The notes under the pieces are model-generated. The model had not been told where the DNA came from. It saw only the letters and a list, made by a program, of their open reading frames with translations, and made no database searches. 64,000 nt of DNA from a virus (lineage: Duplodnaviria > Caudoviricetes): positions 2,948-66,947 of IMG/VR virus record IMGVR_UViG_3300033075_001000, one strand, 5' to 3'. Below, piece by piece: positions 1 through 9,273 of the stretch (position 1 is its first letter; each line of letters opens with the position of its first letter). The position numbers and the translations under genes are program-made.

Positions 1-636
1 TACGTTCTCTGCGGTGTAACCGCTCTTGGGGTCAAGCCTGTCCAGGCTTGCGTTGCACGGCGAGACGGTCCCATGGCCGCCACCGATCGTGAGATCGACA
101 CCGGAGTAGTAGCACTTCCATCCCTGCGCTTCGATGGTATCCATCGCCCACTTCCGCGACAGATTGAAGGGCAACCCCAGTTTCTTAGCGCGGGACTTGG
201 CGCCAGAGATGAGGACCGAAAAGTATCTCTTCGGCTCTCCGTATTTCTTCACGGCGTACTGGTTCCGGCAGTCGATACACTCGGCGTAGATACCCCCCTT
301 CGACCTCCGCCTAAACCGTTCAACGGGTAGCGTCTGGCCGCAGGCGTAGCACCTTTTCTCTGCCCGTTCATCGCGGAACGCCTGCCATTTCGTTCGGTTT
401 GCGCCCACTCCGGCTGGGACGGCTACGTGCTTTGCGGCGCACGCAGTCGAGCAATACCGCCGGGGGCCTCTGTCAGATTTGCCGCCACTTTTTAGGATTC
501 CGGTGAATCTGCTGATGGCTTGCCCGCGGGAGAAGTAAAAGTCCTTCCCGCACGCCGCACACACCCTCGCCAGGGGATCCCCATCCATGGTGAGCGGGAA
601 CCCATGCTCCGTGGTGATAGCAGCGTCAAGGACCAT
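1..636 (-). CDS. HNH-type endonuclease with N-terminal Zn-finger motifs (3' end runs off the window)
   Basis: Hand translation from ATG 636, open to position 1: CAACGKDFY...YCSTACAAK, CYACG...CIDC, then WKCYYSGVDL...SLDRLDPKSGYTAENV. Missing from the ORF track because it is truncated. Confidence 0.8.
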   Translation of the reverse strand, partial: MVLDAAITTEHGFPLTMDGDPLARVCAACGKDFYFSRGQAISRFTGILKSGGKSDRGPRRYCSTACAAKHVAVPAGVGANRTKWQAFRDERAEKRCYACGQTLPVERFRRRSKGGIYAECIDCRNQYAVKKYGEPKRYFSVLISGAKSRAKKLGLPFNLSRKWAMDTIEAQGWKCYYSGVDLTIGGGHGTVSPCNASLDRLDPKSGYTAENV

Positions 637-640
637 GTCG

Positions 641-1111
641 TTACGAAGCGGCGGGGCGGCCGGTCTTGCCGAAGACGGTGACGCGGACGACGCCCGTGGC
701 AGCCGTTCCGCCGGTGGCGGTGATTCGGACCTTGGCGGCCGACGCCTGCCCCACGCCCGCGTTCGCGGCCGTCGTGTTGGCGAGCTGGTGGGTGATGCCG
801 ACCGCGGTCGTGCCGGCCGTCAGGGCGATGCCCGTGGCGAAGCGCGCGGCGACGTTGGCGTCACCGACCGTGAAGGACGAGACGCCGGACCCGGTGATGG
901 TCGTGACGACGGTCACGGTCACGAGCTCGATGAGGCTGTTGGCGGGAAGGAGGTACTCGGTCGAGTCCGTCGTCGCCCCGGACGTCGAGAGGGTGATGGT
1001 CTCGCTGTTGCGGAAGCGGAGGACCTCGTCCTGCCCGCCGACTGGGACGGATCCGGTCGGGCCATTCCCCGCGACCGAAAGAAATCCGCCTACGGTTTCC
1101 ATGGTTGCCAT
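641..1111 (-). CDS. Putative virion structural/decoration protein (Thr/Ala/Gly/Val-rich)
   Basis: ATG 1111 preceded by AGAGGAGAAGAGAC; sequence MATMETVGGF...VVRVTVFG; directly downstream of terL. Confidence 0.55.
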   Translation of the reverse strand: MATMETVGGFLSVAGNGPTGSVPVGGQDEVLRFRNSETITLSTSGATTDSTEYLLPANSLIELVTVTVVTTITGSGVSSFTVGDANVAARFATGIALTAGTTAVGITHQLANTTAANAGVGQASAAKVRITATGGTAATGVVRVTVFGKTGRPAAS

Positions 1112-1127
1112 GTCTCTTCTCCTCTTC

Positions 1128-3197
1128 TCAGTTCGTTGCCACTTCTTGCCGCCACCAGCCGGAGCGCCGTACCTGCACGTAGCCCTGGTTCTGGTTTCGG
1201 AGCTCTGCCTGGGCGATCCGCATCTGCATGTGTCTCGACTGCGGGTCCGATGCGGTGATCCGCCTCGAGAGGAGCACCTCGTTCGGCACGCGAACCGTGC
1301 GTGGCCGCGTCTTGACGCCGTAGCGAAGCGAGTCGTAGGGGTCGTCGCCGTCGAACTTGTCGACGTCCTCGGGATCCCCGCCATCCGAGGTGTCCCGCTG
1401 GCAGAGCGGTATGCACTCGATGAGCTTCGGGCAGTTCTTCGAGATCATCAGCTTGTTCTCGCCGAACATCTGCTGAAGCAGGAGAGCTCCGCCGACGCGG
1501 TCGTTGTCTGCCTGTGCCGGCTCGGGGATGTTGAAGTTGCGGAAGACGTCTGCCATCTCCTGGGCATACGTGCGCTCGGAGTGTTTCCGGCCGAATGCGT
1601 CCGGCGAGAGGTAGACGGCGTCGATCGTCTCGGTCCCCGTCATGGAGACGATCTCGTAGGCGAGCTGCTCCGGCGTCAGCTTTCCCCTGACGAGCTCTCT
1701 GTGGACCCAGATCGTCGAGCCGTCCCAGGTGTACCAGTACACGGCCGACGGGTGCTCGTAGCCCCAGTCGACCGAGACCCACTTCGGCATCCACGGAGCG
1801 AGCTCGACCTTGTCCGGGTCGTAGACGTTGGTGTCGACGGAGAACCGTTCGAAGTACCGTCCGACGAGGACGTCCCAGTCTCCTTCGCGCCAGGCACGCC
1901 ACAAAGCATCGTCGCCGAATGCCGAGAGCGCGAGCCTGGATTCGTAGGTCGGGTCGTCGACGTACAGCTTCGGGTTGTCCTCGAGCTTCGAAGGGATGAA
2001 GACGGCCCGGATCTTGAGGTCCGGGCGTAGGGGATTCGGGATGAGGTCAAAGGGCTGGCCGGGCCTTCTGTCCTTGATGTAGCGATCGCGGACCCACTTG
2101 GTGCCGGGCCCGCCAGGGTTCCCGGTCGACCTGCGGACGCAGAAGACGCCTTCGGCGGAACGAAGGCAGGCCATGAGCTTGTCGATCGGTTTCGGCGATG
2201 CCCAGTTTGTGAGCTCGTCGAAGGCCATGAAGGTCTGGGCGTTGATGAGCCCGGTCCCGCTGATGTAGTGGTTTGCCCCCTGTACCGTTATATCCGCGAC
2301 AGTCACACCACCGCACGGGCTCATAGTCACGAACCCCAGAGCGACCGCTTCGGTTCGTGGCCGCCACTCTCCGGAGTACATGTGCCGCCAATGCGAGCCA
2401 TGGTCCTCCGGATGTAACCCTGCCGTACGTGCGTGGAGCATGACGGGATGACCAGTAGCATTGACCCTCGTCCCGTCTTGGGACACCCATCCCTTCACGT
2501 CACGGTCGCCACGCTTCCACTTTCTGGTGAGCGGCATTTTTCGTGGGTTTTGCCTGACCCCTTCTGCCGAAAGAACCGGGTGCCACGTCGGCTGCCGCTG
2601 TTTGCCGATGATGTGACCATCGCCGGAGAAGACGCGAACCTCGACACCGGGAGCAACGTACGGTTTAACCGTCCTCGTAACCTTCCGAGGGCCCTCGAGA
2701 GTGAGCACGCTGTCCCCGACCTCGATGAGCTCGATGGGCTTCTGCGTGCCGTCCGCCATCACGACCGGGGTGCCTACTTCGACGCAGAACTCTTGCCCGT
2801 GGTACTCGTCGGCGTCGGCATCCCGGTCGAGGTACCTGAAACGAAGACTGGCCCCGGAGGGCCAACGCCAGGTGTACTCGCTGGCGGCATAGGAAGCGCC
2901 GGTGGTGGCGAAGATCTTCTTGGACCGGTCGATGACCTCGTCCATCTGCTTGTACGTCTTGCGGAAGAAGATGCCGCGGGCCTTGCCTCCCCAGCGCATG
3001 GCGTGTTGCAGCCAGTCGCCGAGGAGTCCCCAGGTCTTTCCCCCGCCTCGAGCTCCGCCGAAGAAGACATCGGGGAGTGGACACGTCAGGAGCAGGGTCT
3101 GCGGTCCGGGGTTGGGAGCCCACAGCACGTTCCGGCCGCCGTATTCGGCCTTCCCGGGCTCGATGCCGCCCCCTCCGAACGTCTCGGTATCCGACAT
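1128..3197 (-). CDS. terL: Terminase large subunit with an intein
   Basis: Walker A GGARGGGKT, Walker B FMAFDE, STGNPGGPG motif, nuclease domain VSVDWG...DDPYDSLRY. Confidence 0.95.
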   Translation of the reverse strand: MSDTETFGGGGIEPGKAEYGGRNVLWAPNPGPQTLLLTCPLPDVFFGGARGGGKTWGLLGDWLQHAMRWGGKARGIFFRKTYKQMDEVIDRSKKIFATTGASYAASEYTWRWPSGASLRFRYLDRDADADEYHGQEFCVEVGTPVVMADGTQKPIELIEVGDSVLTLEGPRKVTRTVKPYVAPGVEVRVFSGDGHIIGKQRQPTWHPVLSAEGVRQNPRKMPLTRKWKRGDRDVKGWVSQDGTRVNATGHPVMLHARTAGLHPEDHGSHWRHMYSGEWRPRTEAVALGFVTMSPCGGVTVADITVQGANHYISGTGLINAQTFMAFDELTNWASPKPIDKLMACLRSAEGVFCVRRSTGNPGGPGTKWVRDRYIKDRRPGQPFDLIPNPLRPDLKIRAVFIPSKLEDNPKLYVDDPTYESRLALSAFGDDALWRAWREGDWDVLVGRYFERFSVDTNVYDPDKVELAPWMPKWVSVDWGYEHPSAVYWYTWDGSTIWVHRELVRGKLTPEQLAYEIVSMTGTETIDAVYLSPDAFGRKHSERTYAQEMADVFRNFNIPEPAQADNDRVGGALLLQQMFGENKLMISKNCPKLIECIPLCQRDTSDGGDPEDVDKFDGDDPYDSLRYGVKTRPRTVRVPNEVLLSRRITASDPQSRHMQMRIAQAELRNQNQGYVQVRRSGWWRQEVATN
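2235..2786 (-). mobile_element. Intein (184 aa) in terL with C-terminal Gln and +1 Thr
   Basis: Starts CVEVGTPVVMADGTQKPIELIEVGDSV (Hint block A) and ends HYISGTGLINAQ|T. Removing it gives YHGQEF-TFMAFDELTNW, an intact Walker B context. Confidence 0.85.
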
Positions 3198-3282
3198 CCC
3201 CAGGAAAGTCTAGGGTGTCCATCCCCGCAATGCTTGACGGTGCAACACTTTGTGCGACACACTCTGCACCCGGAGGTAGGAG
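3198..3282. promoter_or_regulatory. Divergent promoter/operator region between terL and the RHH gene
   Basis: TTGACG at 3234-3239 and CACACT at 3258-3263; near-direct repeats GTGCAACAC (3240) and GTGCGACAC (3252). Confidence 0.4.
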
Positions 3283-3540
3283 ATGGTGACCTACGTGAAG
3301 AAAGCGGCCTCGTTCAGCATCCGCATGACGGGGCAGGAACGGGAGTACCTGGATGCCCTGGCGGCCCGGTACGACAGACCCAGGAGCTGGGTGATCCGAA
3401 AGACGGTCCAGACGCTCGCCAAGCTCGAGAAGAACCGGCGGCAAGGCACCCTGGACGAGAAGGGAGCCGAGGCCCTGAAGGTCCTCGAGAAAGGCCTGAA
3501 GGAGCCCATCCGCATCGTGGATCCGTACGCCGGGGAGTAG
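3283..3540 (+). CDS. Ribbon-helix-helix (CopG-like) DNA-binding protein
   Basis: SFSIRMTGQEREYLDALAARYDRPRSWVIRKTV pattern; RBS GGAGGTAGGAG. Confidence 0.75.
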   Translation: MVTYVKKAASFSIRMTGQEREYLDALAARYDRPRSWVIRKTVQTLAKLEKNRRQGTLDEKGAEALKVLEKGLKEPIRIVDPYAGE

Positions 3541-3551
3541 GTGGAGGGGAA

Positions 3552-3788
3552 GTGAGCGATCGCAAGCACGAGCCGCTCTCCGACGACGTCAAGAAGGCCC
3601 CGGCCAAGAAGAACACCCGGCTCTGGTGCGGCGGCAAGGTCTACCGGGAGCACGTCTACGCCTGGAAGATGGGCGAGTACGACTGGGCCATCCAGTTTTG
3701 CACCAACTGCAACAAGGTCCTACAGCGGTGTCCTCCGCCGGCGTGGAGGACCAAGCGCCCGTGTTGCTGCGGCAAGCACAAGAGGTGA
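3552..3788 (+). CDS. Small Cys-rich hypothetical protein
   Basis: GTG after GGAGGGGAA; CTNC and CCCGKH motifs. Confidence 0.55.
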   Translation: MSDRKHEPLSDDVKKAPAKKNTRLWCGGKVYREHVYAWKMGEYDWAIQFCTNCNKVLQRCPPPAWRTKRPCCCGKHKR

Positions 3789-3791
3789 CTG

Positions 3792-4136
3792 ATGGCGAAG
3801 AAGAAGCTGATCGACCTCGTGAACGAGGTCGTCGAAGATTCGATCCTGCTGGCGGACGGGTTCGACGAGGCCTTCCTCGGCATCGCTACCCGTTGCGGGC
3901 AGCCGCCTGTGGCGGTCTACGACGCCGACCGCTGCATCCAGCTCCTCGTCGACGGGGGCATGGAGTACGAGGAGGCGATGGAGTATTATAGTTTTAACAT
4001 CGAAGGCGCGTGGGTTGGCCCGGGTACTCCTTGCTTCATATGGCGCCTTCAGGAGTGGGACGATGCGAAGGAAGAAAAGCGCAGAGGAGAGGCTGGCGGA
4101 ACGAAGCGTCAGGGACCCGGCCACGGGGTGTCTTGA
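3792..4136 (+). CDS. Conserved phage hypothetical protein
   Basis: [10 protein letters not shown]...VAVYD...[17 protein letters not shown] is a motif I recall from uncharacterised phage proteins. Confidence 0.65.
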   Translation: MAKKKLIDLVNEVVEDSILLADGFDEAFLGIATRCGQPPVAVYDADRCIQLLVDGGMEYEEAMEYYSFNIEGAWVGPGTPCFIWRLQEWDDAKEEKRRGEAGGTKRQGPGHGVS

Positions 4137-4527
4137 GTGGGCTGGAGCCAAAAACAACAAGGGGTACGGCGTGATCCGAGTGGGCGAAAAACTACTACTC
4201 GCCCACCGGGTTGCACTCGAGATCTCCGGGATCCCCATCCCACCAGGGATGTGCGTGCTGCACCGCTGCGACAACCCGATCTGTATCGAACCCTCGCATC
4301 TGTTCGTTGGGACCAACGCTGACAACTCTGCCGACATGGCGCGCAAGAAACGCAGCCGCTGGGTTCAGCGGACTTCTTGCTCCGCTGGTCACACGTACTC
4401 AGACGGGAGCGTCTACGTCTACAAAGATGGCCGGCGCGGGTGCAGGGAATGCAGGGCACGGTACCGCGCGAATTACGCCGAGAAAAAGAAAAGGGGCGTC
4501 GATGACTGGTCGAAGCCTCCCATGTGA
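4063..4527 (+). CDS. HNH homing endonuclease
   Basis: GCLEW...GYG...AHR...[24 protein letters not shown]; RBS AGGAG before ATG 4063; overlaps the upstream gene by 74 nt. Confidence 0.9.
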   Translation: MRRKKSAEERLAERSVRDPATGCLEWAGAKNNKGYGVIRVGEKLLLAHRVALEISGIPIPPGMCVLHRCDNPICIEPSHLFVGTNADNSADMARKKRSRWVQRTSCSAGHTYSDGSVYVYKDGRRGCRECRARYRANYAEKKKRGVDDWSKPPM

Positions 4528-4759
4528 GCCCCGTGACCCGTCCCGCTGGAATCCGGCAGAACGGCTGTTCTTCGCCGGGTTCCTACTGCTTTCAGGGATC
4601 TTCATCGCCGTGATCGTCGCCGGCATGGTCCAGAAGAGCCGGGCCCACGACGCTTTCGTCGCCGAGTGCCTGGAGGACGGGAAGAAGCGCTACGAGTGCG
4701 AGACGATGTGGGGGCAGGCCCAGGGCGGCGGGCACACCACACCACTGCCGACGAAATGA
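4502..4759 (+). CDS. Small membrane protein
   Basis: One hydrophobic segment, [22 protein letters not shown]. Confidence 0.55.
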   Translation: MTGRSLPCEPRDPSRWNPAERLFFAGFLLLSGIFIAVIVAGMVQKSRAHDAFVAECLEDGKKRYECETMWGQAQGGGHTTPLPTK

Positions 4760-4810
4760 AAGTAGACAGCTTCCGTCTACTTCTGTAGACTGGCCGACGG
4801 GGGGATCGAG

Positions 4811-5662
4811 ATGTCGAACTTCTCGTTCACGAAGCTGTTCTCCAGCATCACGGAGTCGACGATCTGGGCGGAGCCCGACCATGTCCGGATCGTCTGGATC
4901 ACGATGCTGGCGATGTCCGACATGCGGGGCAGAGTCTACGCCACCATCCCGGGTCTCGCCGGCCGCGCCAGGGTGACCGTCGAGCAGTGCGAGGAAGCCC
5001 TCGAGAAATTCAAACAACCGGACAAATACTCACGCTCCCGGGAGCACGAAGGACGCCGAATCGAGGAGATCGACGGCGGCTGGGGCCTCCTGAACTACGA
5101 TAAGTACCGTGCCCTCAGAGACTCAGAGAAGGACAAGGAGCGGAAAAGGAACTGGGCGGCGAAGAAAAGGTCCGTCGACAGAAGTAGACGGTTGGAGTCG
5201 ATAGTAGACCACGGTGGACCGGCGTCGACCGGCGTAGACCGTGGTAGACCCAAGACAGAAGACAGAGTACAGAGTACAGAAGAAGAAGAAGGTACTTCTA
5301 CGTCCCGGGTAGAAGGAGAGGTCTCCGGAGAGAATGGGAGGGGGTCGACTACGTCGCCCCCCGTCGCCTCCTCCAGCCGTGGTCTTGGACGGTGGGCTGT
5401 CGCAACGTACGCGGATTCGTGGAAGACCATCTACGGCGCGAACCCGGAGGTGTCCCCGAGGGACGCGGGCGAGCTCAACACCCTGGCTAAGAGGATGGTG
5501 AAATCCTGTGAGGGTGACGTCACCGCGGGGAAGGCCCTATTCTCCGACTACCTGTCGTGGTATCTGGCCCGGAACGGGTACTGGGCCACCAAGGCACATC
5601 CCGTATCAGGGATGGCTACATCCTCCACGATCAACGAGTACAAGGCAGGGCTCTCGCAGTGA
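4811..5662 (+). CDS. Phage replication initiator / replisome-organiser-like protein
   Basis: FTKLFSSITESTIW...IVWITMLAM...IPGLAGRARV...GRRIEEIDGGW N-terminal motif; internal repeat array; stop overlaps the primase-helicase start. Confidence 0.7.
   Translation: MSNFSFTKLFSSITESTIWAEPDHVRIVWITMLAMSDMRGRVYATIPGLAGRARVTVEQCEEALEKFKQPDKYSRSREHEGRRIEEIDGGWGLLNYDKYRALRDSEKDKERKRNWAAKKRSVDRSRRLESIVDHGGPASTGVDRGRPKTEDRVQSTEEEEGTSTSRVEGEVSGENGRGSTTSPPVASSSRGLGRWAVATYADSWKTIYGANPEVSPRDAGELNTLAKRMVKSCEGDVTAGKALFSDYLSWYLARNGYWATKAHPVSGMATSSTINEYKAGLSQ
5171..5295 (+). repeat. Iteron-like GT(A/C/G)GAC array followed by a purine-rich tract (candidate origin)
   Basis: Seven GTVGAC hexamers between about 5174 and 5249, an ACCACGG/CCGTGGT inverted repeat, then CAAGACAGAAGACAGAGTACAGAGTACAGAAGAAGAAGAAGG. 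Confidence 0.55.
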
Positions 5663-7287
5663 ACCTCGCCGAGGTCTCTTCCCGCCTCACCGTCAAGCAC
5701 CGCCGCGGGGACACCCTTGACTGCGTCTGCCCCGCCCACGAAGACCGCGTGGCATCCCTTACCGTCAACGAAGCTCCGGACGGCAAGATCCTCGTGAAGT
5801 GCCACGCCGGCTGCGAAACATCCTCGGTGCTCGCCGCGATCGGCATCGAGTGGGCAGACCTGTGGCCCGACGACGGGAAGTCGGCTCCGTCCACGAAGGT
5901 ACGCCCGATCGACCCGAGCATCGGCACGCCGACCGCCTCCTACGTCTACACCGACGAGGAGAACGAGCCCCTCTTCCGGGTCGTTCGCTACGACATGGGG
6001 GAAGGCAAGAAGCGCTTCGTCCAGCAGAAGGCAACAGGGGAAGGTACCTGGGCCCACAACCTCGGAGACGCCAGAAAGGTCCTCTACCGCCTGTCTGCCG
6101 TCAAAGAGGCAGCCGCACACGGCCGCAGGGTCCTGTACGTCGAAGGCGAGAAGGACGTCCACACCCTCGAGAGGCTCGGCTTCATCGCCACCACGCACGC
6201 CGGAGGGGCAGGAGCGTGGAAGACCGACTACGCACCAGCACTAGAGGGGGCAGAGGTCGTCATCCTCCCCGACAACGATGTCCCCGGTAAGAAGCTCGCC
6301 CAGGCGATCCTCAAGGACGTGCGCGGGTCCCGTGTCCTGGACCTGCCAAACCTTCCCGAGAAGGGAGACGTCTCAGACTGGGTCGCTGCCGGGGGGACAC
6401 GAGAGACACTCCTGAAGCTCCTGGGTCCAGAGATCTCCGACATGAACCCGGTCGGGTGGGAACAGTTCCAGCAGGAGAAGGAAACGCTCACCTACTTCTG
6501 CGGAGATGTCATCGCCGACGAGACCGTGAACATCCTCGTCGCAGACGCCGGCGTCGGGAAGACGACTCTCGTCAACCAGCTCTGCCTCTCGATCGCTTCC
6601 GGCTATCCCTTCCTGGGCTTTATGAAGACGAAGCAGGTCCCCGTGCTTCTTCTCGAGGCCGAGGGGGCTCGGTCCCTCTTCCGCGCCAGGGCTGAGCTCG
6701 CACGTCAAGCTCTCCGCATCCCGTCGGAGGCACTCCGAGGGAACTGGTCGATCCAGTCCAGGTGGGTCTCGGACTTCGACGCAGGGAACCTGATGGTCGA
6801 CACACAGATCCGCCGGAGCGGAGCGAAGCTCGTCGTGCTCGACACGCTGGGGTACTTCTTCGGCGACGGCGACGAGAACTCCGCCAAGGACTGGAAGAAG
6901 AAGATCATGTTCCCCCTGCGTCGCTACCGTGCCCTCTACGGGTGCTCTTTCATCGTCATCCACCACGAAGGCAAGCCGGGGGAACTTCGCACAGGGCACA
7001 ACAAGGGCCGCGGAACCTCTGCCATGTTCGGCGACTGCGATACGTGGTTCGCCATCGAAAACTTCGAGTCGAAGCCGGACGAGTACTCGAGTCTCTCGGA
7101 GGGACAGCGAGAAGAGGCCGACAACGAAAAGACGCTGCGCTGGCACAAATCGAAGGTCGGCAAGAAGCCGAAGCCCATCACCCTGAACCTCGACGTCGAC
7201 AACGCCATCTTCACCGTGAAAACGAGCTCCATCCGAGAAGAGCTGGATGCAGCTCCCAAGACCAGGAGGACGAAACGTGACTTCTGA
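5659..7287 (+). CDS. Bifunctional primase (Zn-binding + TOPRIM) / RecA-family (AAA_25-like) helicase
   Basis: CPAHED...CHAGC zinc domain; YVEGEKDV and ILPDND TOPRIM motifs; Walker A ADAGVGKTT; Walker B LVVLDTL; IVIHHEGK. Confidence 0.9.
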   Translation: MNLAEVSSRLTVKHRRGDTLDCVCPAHEDRVASLTVNEAPDGKILVKCHAGCETSSVLAAIGIEWADLWPDDGKSAPSTKVRPIDPSIGTPTASYVYTDEENEPLFRVVRYDMGEGKKRFVQQKATGEGTWAHNLGDARKVLYRLSAVKEAAAHGRRVLYVEGEKDVHTLERLGFIATTHAGGAGAWKTDYAPALEGAEVVILPDNDVPGKKLAQAILKDVRGSRVLDLPNLPEKGDVSDWVAAGGTRETLLKLLGPEISDMNPVGWEQFQQEKETLTYFCGDVIADETVNILVADAGVGKTTLVNQLCLSIASGYPFLGFMKTKQVPVLLLEAEGARSLFRARAELARQALRIPSEALRGNWSIQSRWVSDFDAGNLMVDTQIRRSGAKLVVLDTLGYFFGDGDENSAKDWKKKIMFPLRRYRALYGCSFIVIHHEGKPGELRTGHNKGRGTSAMFGDCDTWFAIENFESKPDEYSSLSEGQREEADNEKTLRWHKSKVGKKPKPITLNLDVDNAIFTVKTSSIREELDAAPKTRRTKRDF

Positions 7288-7633
7288 CAAGGCCCACGCA
7301 CCACGGCTGATGACGCTCAGGGAACTCCTCGAAGAGATCCCCCCCGAGATTGCTCCCGCGGAGTCATTAGCGGAGTTCCTTGAGCTCAACAGCGAGCACT
7401 ACAAGCGGCACCACCTGAAGTCCCAGAGGGTCTGGCTCGATATGGACCATACCCTCTGCATCGAAGCCTACGGCGCCGAAGATCACTACTGGATCGAGAA
7501 GAGCCGCTACAAAACCGCAGCGCAGAGATGGGAGTGGGCTATGCACCTTCTCGAGAAGACTTGGTTCACTCCGCCGCTCCTCTGGGACCTGCTTGTCATC
7601 ATGGGCAGGCCGCAGCGCCGGTGCGATCCATGA
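7277..7633 (+). CDS. Hypothetical protein
   Basis: GTG after AGGAGG; overlaps both neighbours. Confidence 0.6.
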   Translation: MTSDKAHAPRLMTLRELLEEIPPEIAPAESLAEFLELNSEHYKRHHLKSQRVWLDMDHTLCIEAYGAEDHYWIEKSRYKTAAQRWEWAMHLLEKTWFTPPLLWDLLVIMGRPQRRCDP

Positions 7634-7866
7634 GCCACGTCGTCGTACCCCCCGGCAGCTTCGTCGGCAACGGGTGGTTTGAGAACGCCCTCCACGACAC
7701 CGCCTCCTGCGGTGGCTGCGGTGCCCAGCTCGACGTCTACCGCACCGACGAGAACTGGGCCGGCAAGCCCGCCGTCAGCACCTGGGTCTGCGCGCACAAG
7801 CTCGAGGACTGCGTACGGTACCTCGCCGAGGAACTCAAGAAACTCCGGCAGGACCTCGTCGGATGA
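7630..7866 (+). CDS. Hypothetical protein (CxxC)
   Basis: ATGA overlap; CGGC motif. Confidence 0.55.
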   Translation: MSHVVVPPGSFVGNGWFENALHDTASCGGCGAQLDVYRTDENWAGKPAVSTWVCAHKLEDCVRYLAEELKKLRQDLVG

Positions 7867-8069
7867 AGAAGAACCCTCCCTCCCGCCGCCCCGGGCCCCC
7901 GCTCTGCGTCGACTGCGGCCTCCCCGTCCTCGACCCTACCTCCTGGGGCGGCGCCTGCCTCCACGGTCCCTGCCGCTCCGTCCGCGGCAGCAAGAGCGCC
8001 AAGGCCAAGTACGAACGGCACCACCACGTTTCCTTCAAGCCGACCACGAAAGTAGCCAAGCCGATATGA
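7863..8069 (+). CDS. Hypothetical Cys-rich protein
   Basis: ATGA overlaps on both sides; CVDC and CxxGPC motifs. Confidence 0.5.
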   Translation: MKKNPPSRRPGPPLCVDCGLPVLDPTSWGGACLHGPCRSVRGSKSAKAKYERHHHVSFKPTTKVAKPI

Positions 8070-8278
8070 GCGACATCCTGACCCGGCTGCGTGGTTACAA
8101 CCCGCCCGACCGCACCGAATGGACAGGCCGTCTGATCTCACAGGACCTACACGACGCAGCCGACGAGATCGAACGCCTTCGAGCCCGCATCGCAGAGCTC
8201 GAGGCCCAGCTCCAGAACGCCGGCACCGGCGCCATGGCAGCCGTCTACGTACGCGGCCAGGATGGCAAGACCTCCTAG
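8066..8278 (+). CDS. Hypothetical protein with AADEIERLR coiled coil
   Basis: MSDILTRLR...LHDAADEIERLRARIAELEAQL is a common small phage protein pattern. Confidence 0.6.
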   Translation: MSDILTRLRGYNPPDRTEWTGRLISQDLHDAADEIERLRARIAELEAQLQNAGTGAMAAVYVRGQDGKTS

Positions 8279-8406
8279 ACCGCCCCAAAAACCCGGTTTC
8301 CGGTTCGCTGGAGCTGCCCAAGCGCCCCGGCCTGTACCCGTGGACCCCGAACGCCTCCTACCCCCCTCCAAACGCAAAAGAAGGGCATCCGGCAAGAAAG
8401 GTTGAT

Positions 8407-8640
8407 ATGGAGCCACCGGAAGACCTCCCTCCCCTCGGTACCCTCGTCCCCTACGTGGAGGGGCCCCTCGGCGTCGCCGTCGGCTCCATCCTCTACGAGC
8501 ACCGCTACGCCGACGACCTCTCCTGCCGCTCCACTACCCTCTGCTGGCGCGTCATCGAACCCTCCCCGGAGGAGTCCCGGACCCTCAAGCCCAGGAAGCT
8601 CTTCCTTCGCCTCGAGTGCATCGCAACGGGTTCCCCGTGA
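8407..8640 (+). CDS. Hypothetical protein
   Basis: ATG after AAAGGTTGAT; GTGA overlap with the next gene. Confidence 0.45.
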   Translation: MEPPEDLPPLGTLVPYVEGPLGVAVGSILYEHRYADDLSCRSTTLCWRVIEPSPEESRTLKPRKLFLRLECIATGSP

Positions 8641-8849
8641 GAGCCGAAGTCGAACAGCCCGACGGCTCCTACGTCCTCGAAGACCGCGGAGAGCCCGAGT
8701 GCGGCAGAGACTTCTGCGACTCCTGCGGAGACTGCCTCGCCTGCTACGGCGACGGGTGCCCGGACAACGACTGGGGGGGCCACCGCTGGGTCATCTACTG
8801 TCGGGAACGCTGGGAGAAGTTCGGCCTCAAGACTCCGCCGGAAAAATGA
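8637..8849 (+). CDS. Cys-rich hypothetical protein
   Basis: CGRDFCDSCGDCLACYGDGC; last gene of the + block. Confidence 0.55.
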   Translation: MRAEVEQPDGSYVLEDRGEPECGRDFCDSCGDCLACYGDGCPDNDWGGHRWVIYCRERWEKFGLKTPPEK

Positions 8850-9273
8850 CCGGTGGACACCCCTTTTCTCGAAGGGTGCCGGGGGGATACCTGGGTAGGG
8901 GGGGGAGAACCTACGGAGAGGGGGGGGTGGGTGTGGGAAGGTGGGTATCTTGGTCGGCCTCTCGCGCGTTCCCTATCCCAACCAAAGGTTCTCTGCTCCA
9001 GGGGGGGGCCATCACGAGAAAAATTGTGTGAGGGGGGCTATGTAAATCGGCGGGCCGCCGGCCGCCGAGCGTGCCCCCCCTGCGGACCCGGGCGTGCTCG
9101 CGCCGTGGGCGTGCGCCGGGCGTGCGTGCTCGCTCGCAGCGTGGAGGCGGGGGACGTGCGGTCGACTGCGTGAGGCGCTCAAGGCGAGGCGCTCAAGGTC
9201 GACTTGCGTGCGACCGGGGGCGGCCCGGAGGGTCGAGCCAGCGTCCGATAAGCCCTCTTACGTGTGAAAGCGC

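Noticed and set aside
73-2030. + strand ORFs 73-330, 587-1258 and 666-2030
   Set aside because: They are antisense to the HNH, structural and terL genes, which have clear motifs.
2235-2786. Homing endonuclease domain within the intein
   Set aside because: The insert is only 184 aa and shows no LAGLIDADG or HNH motif.
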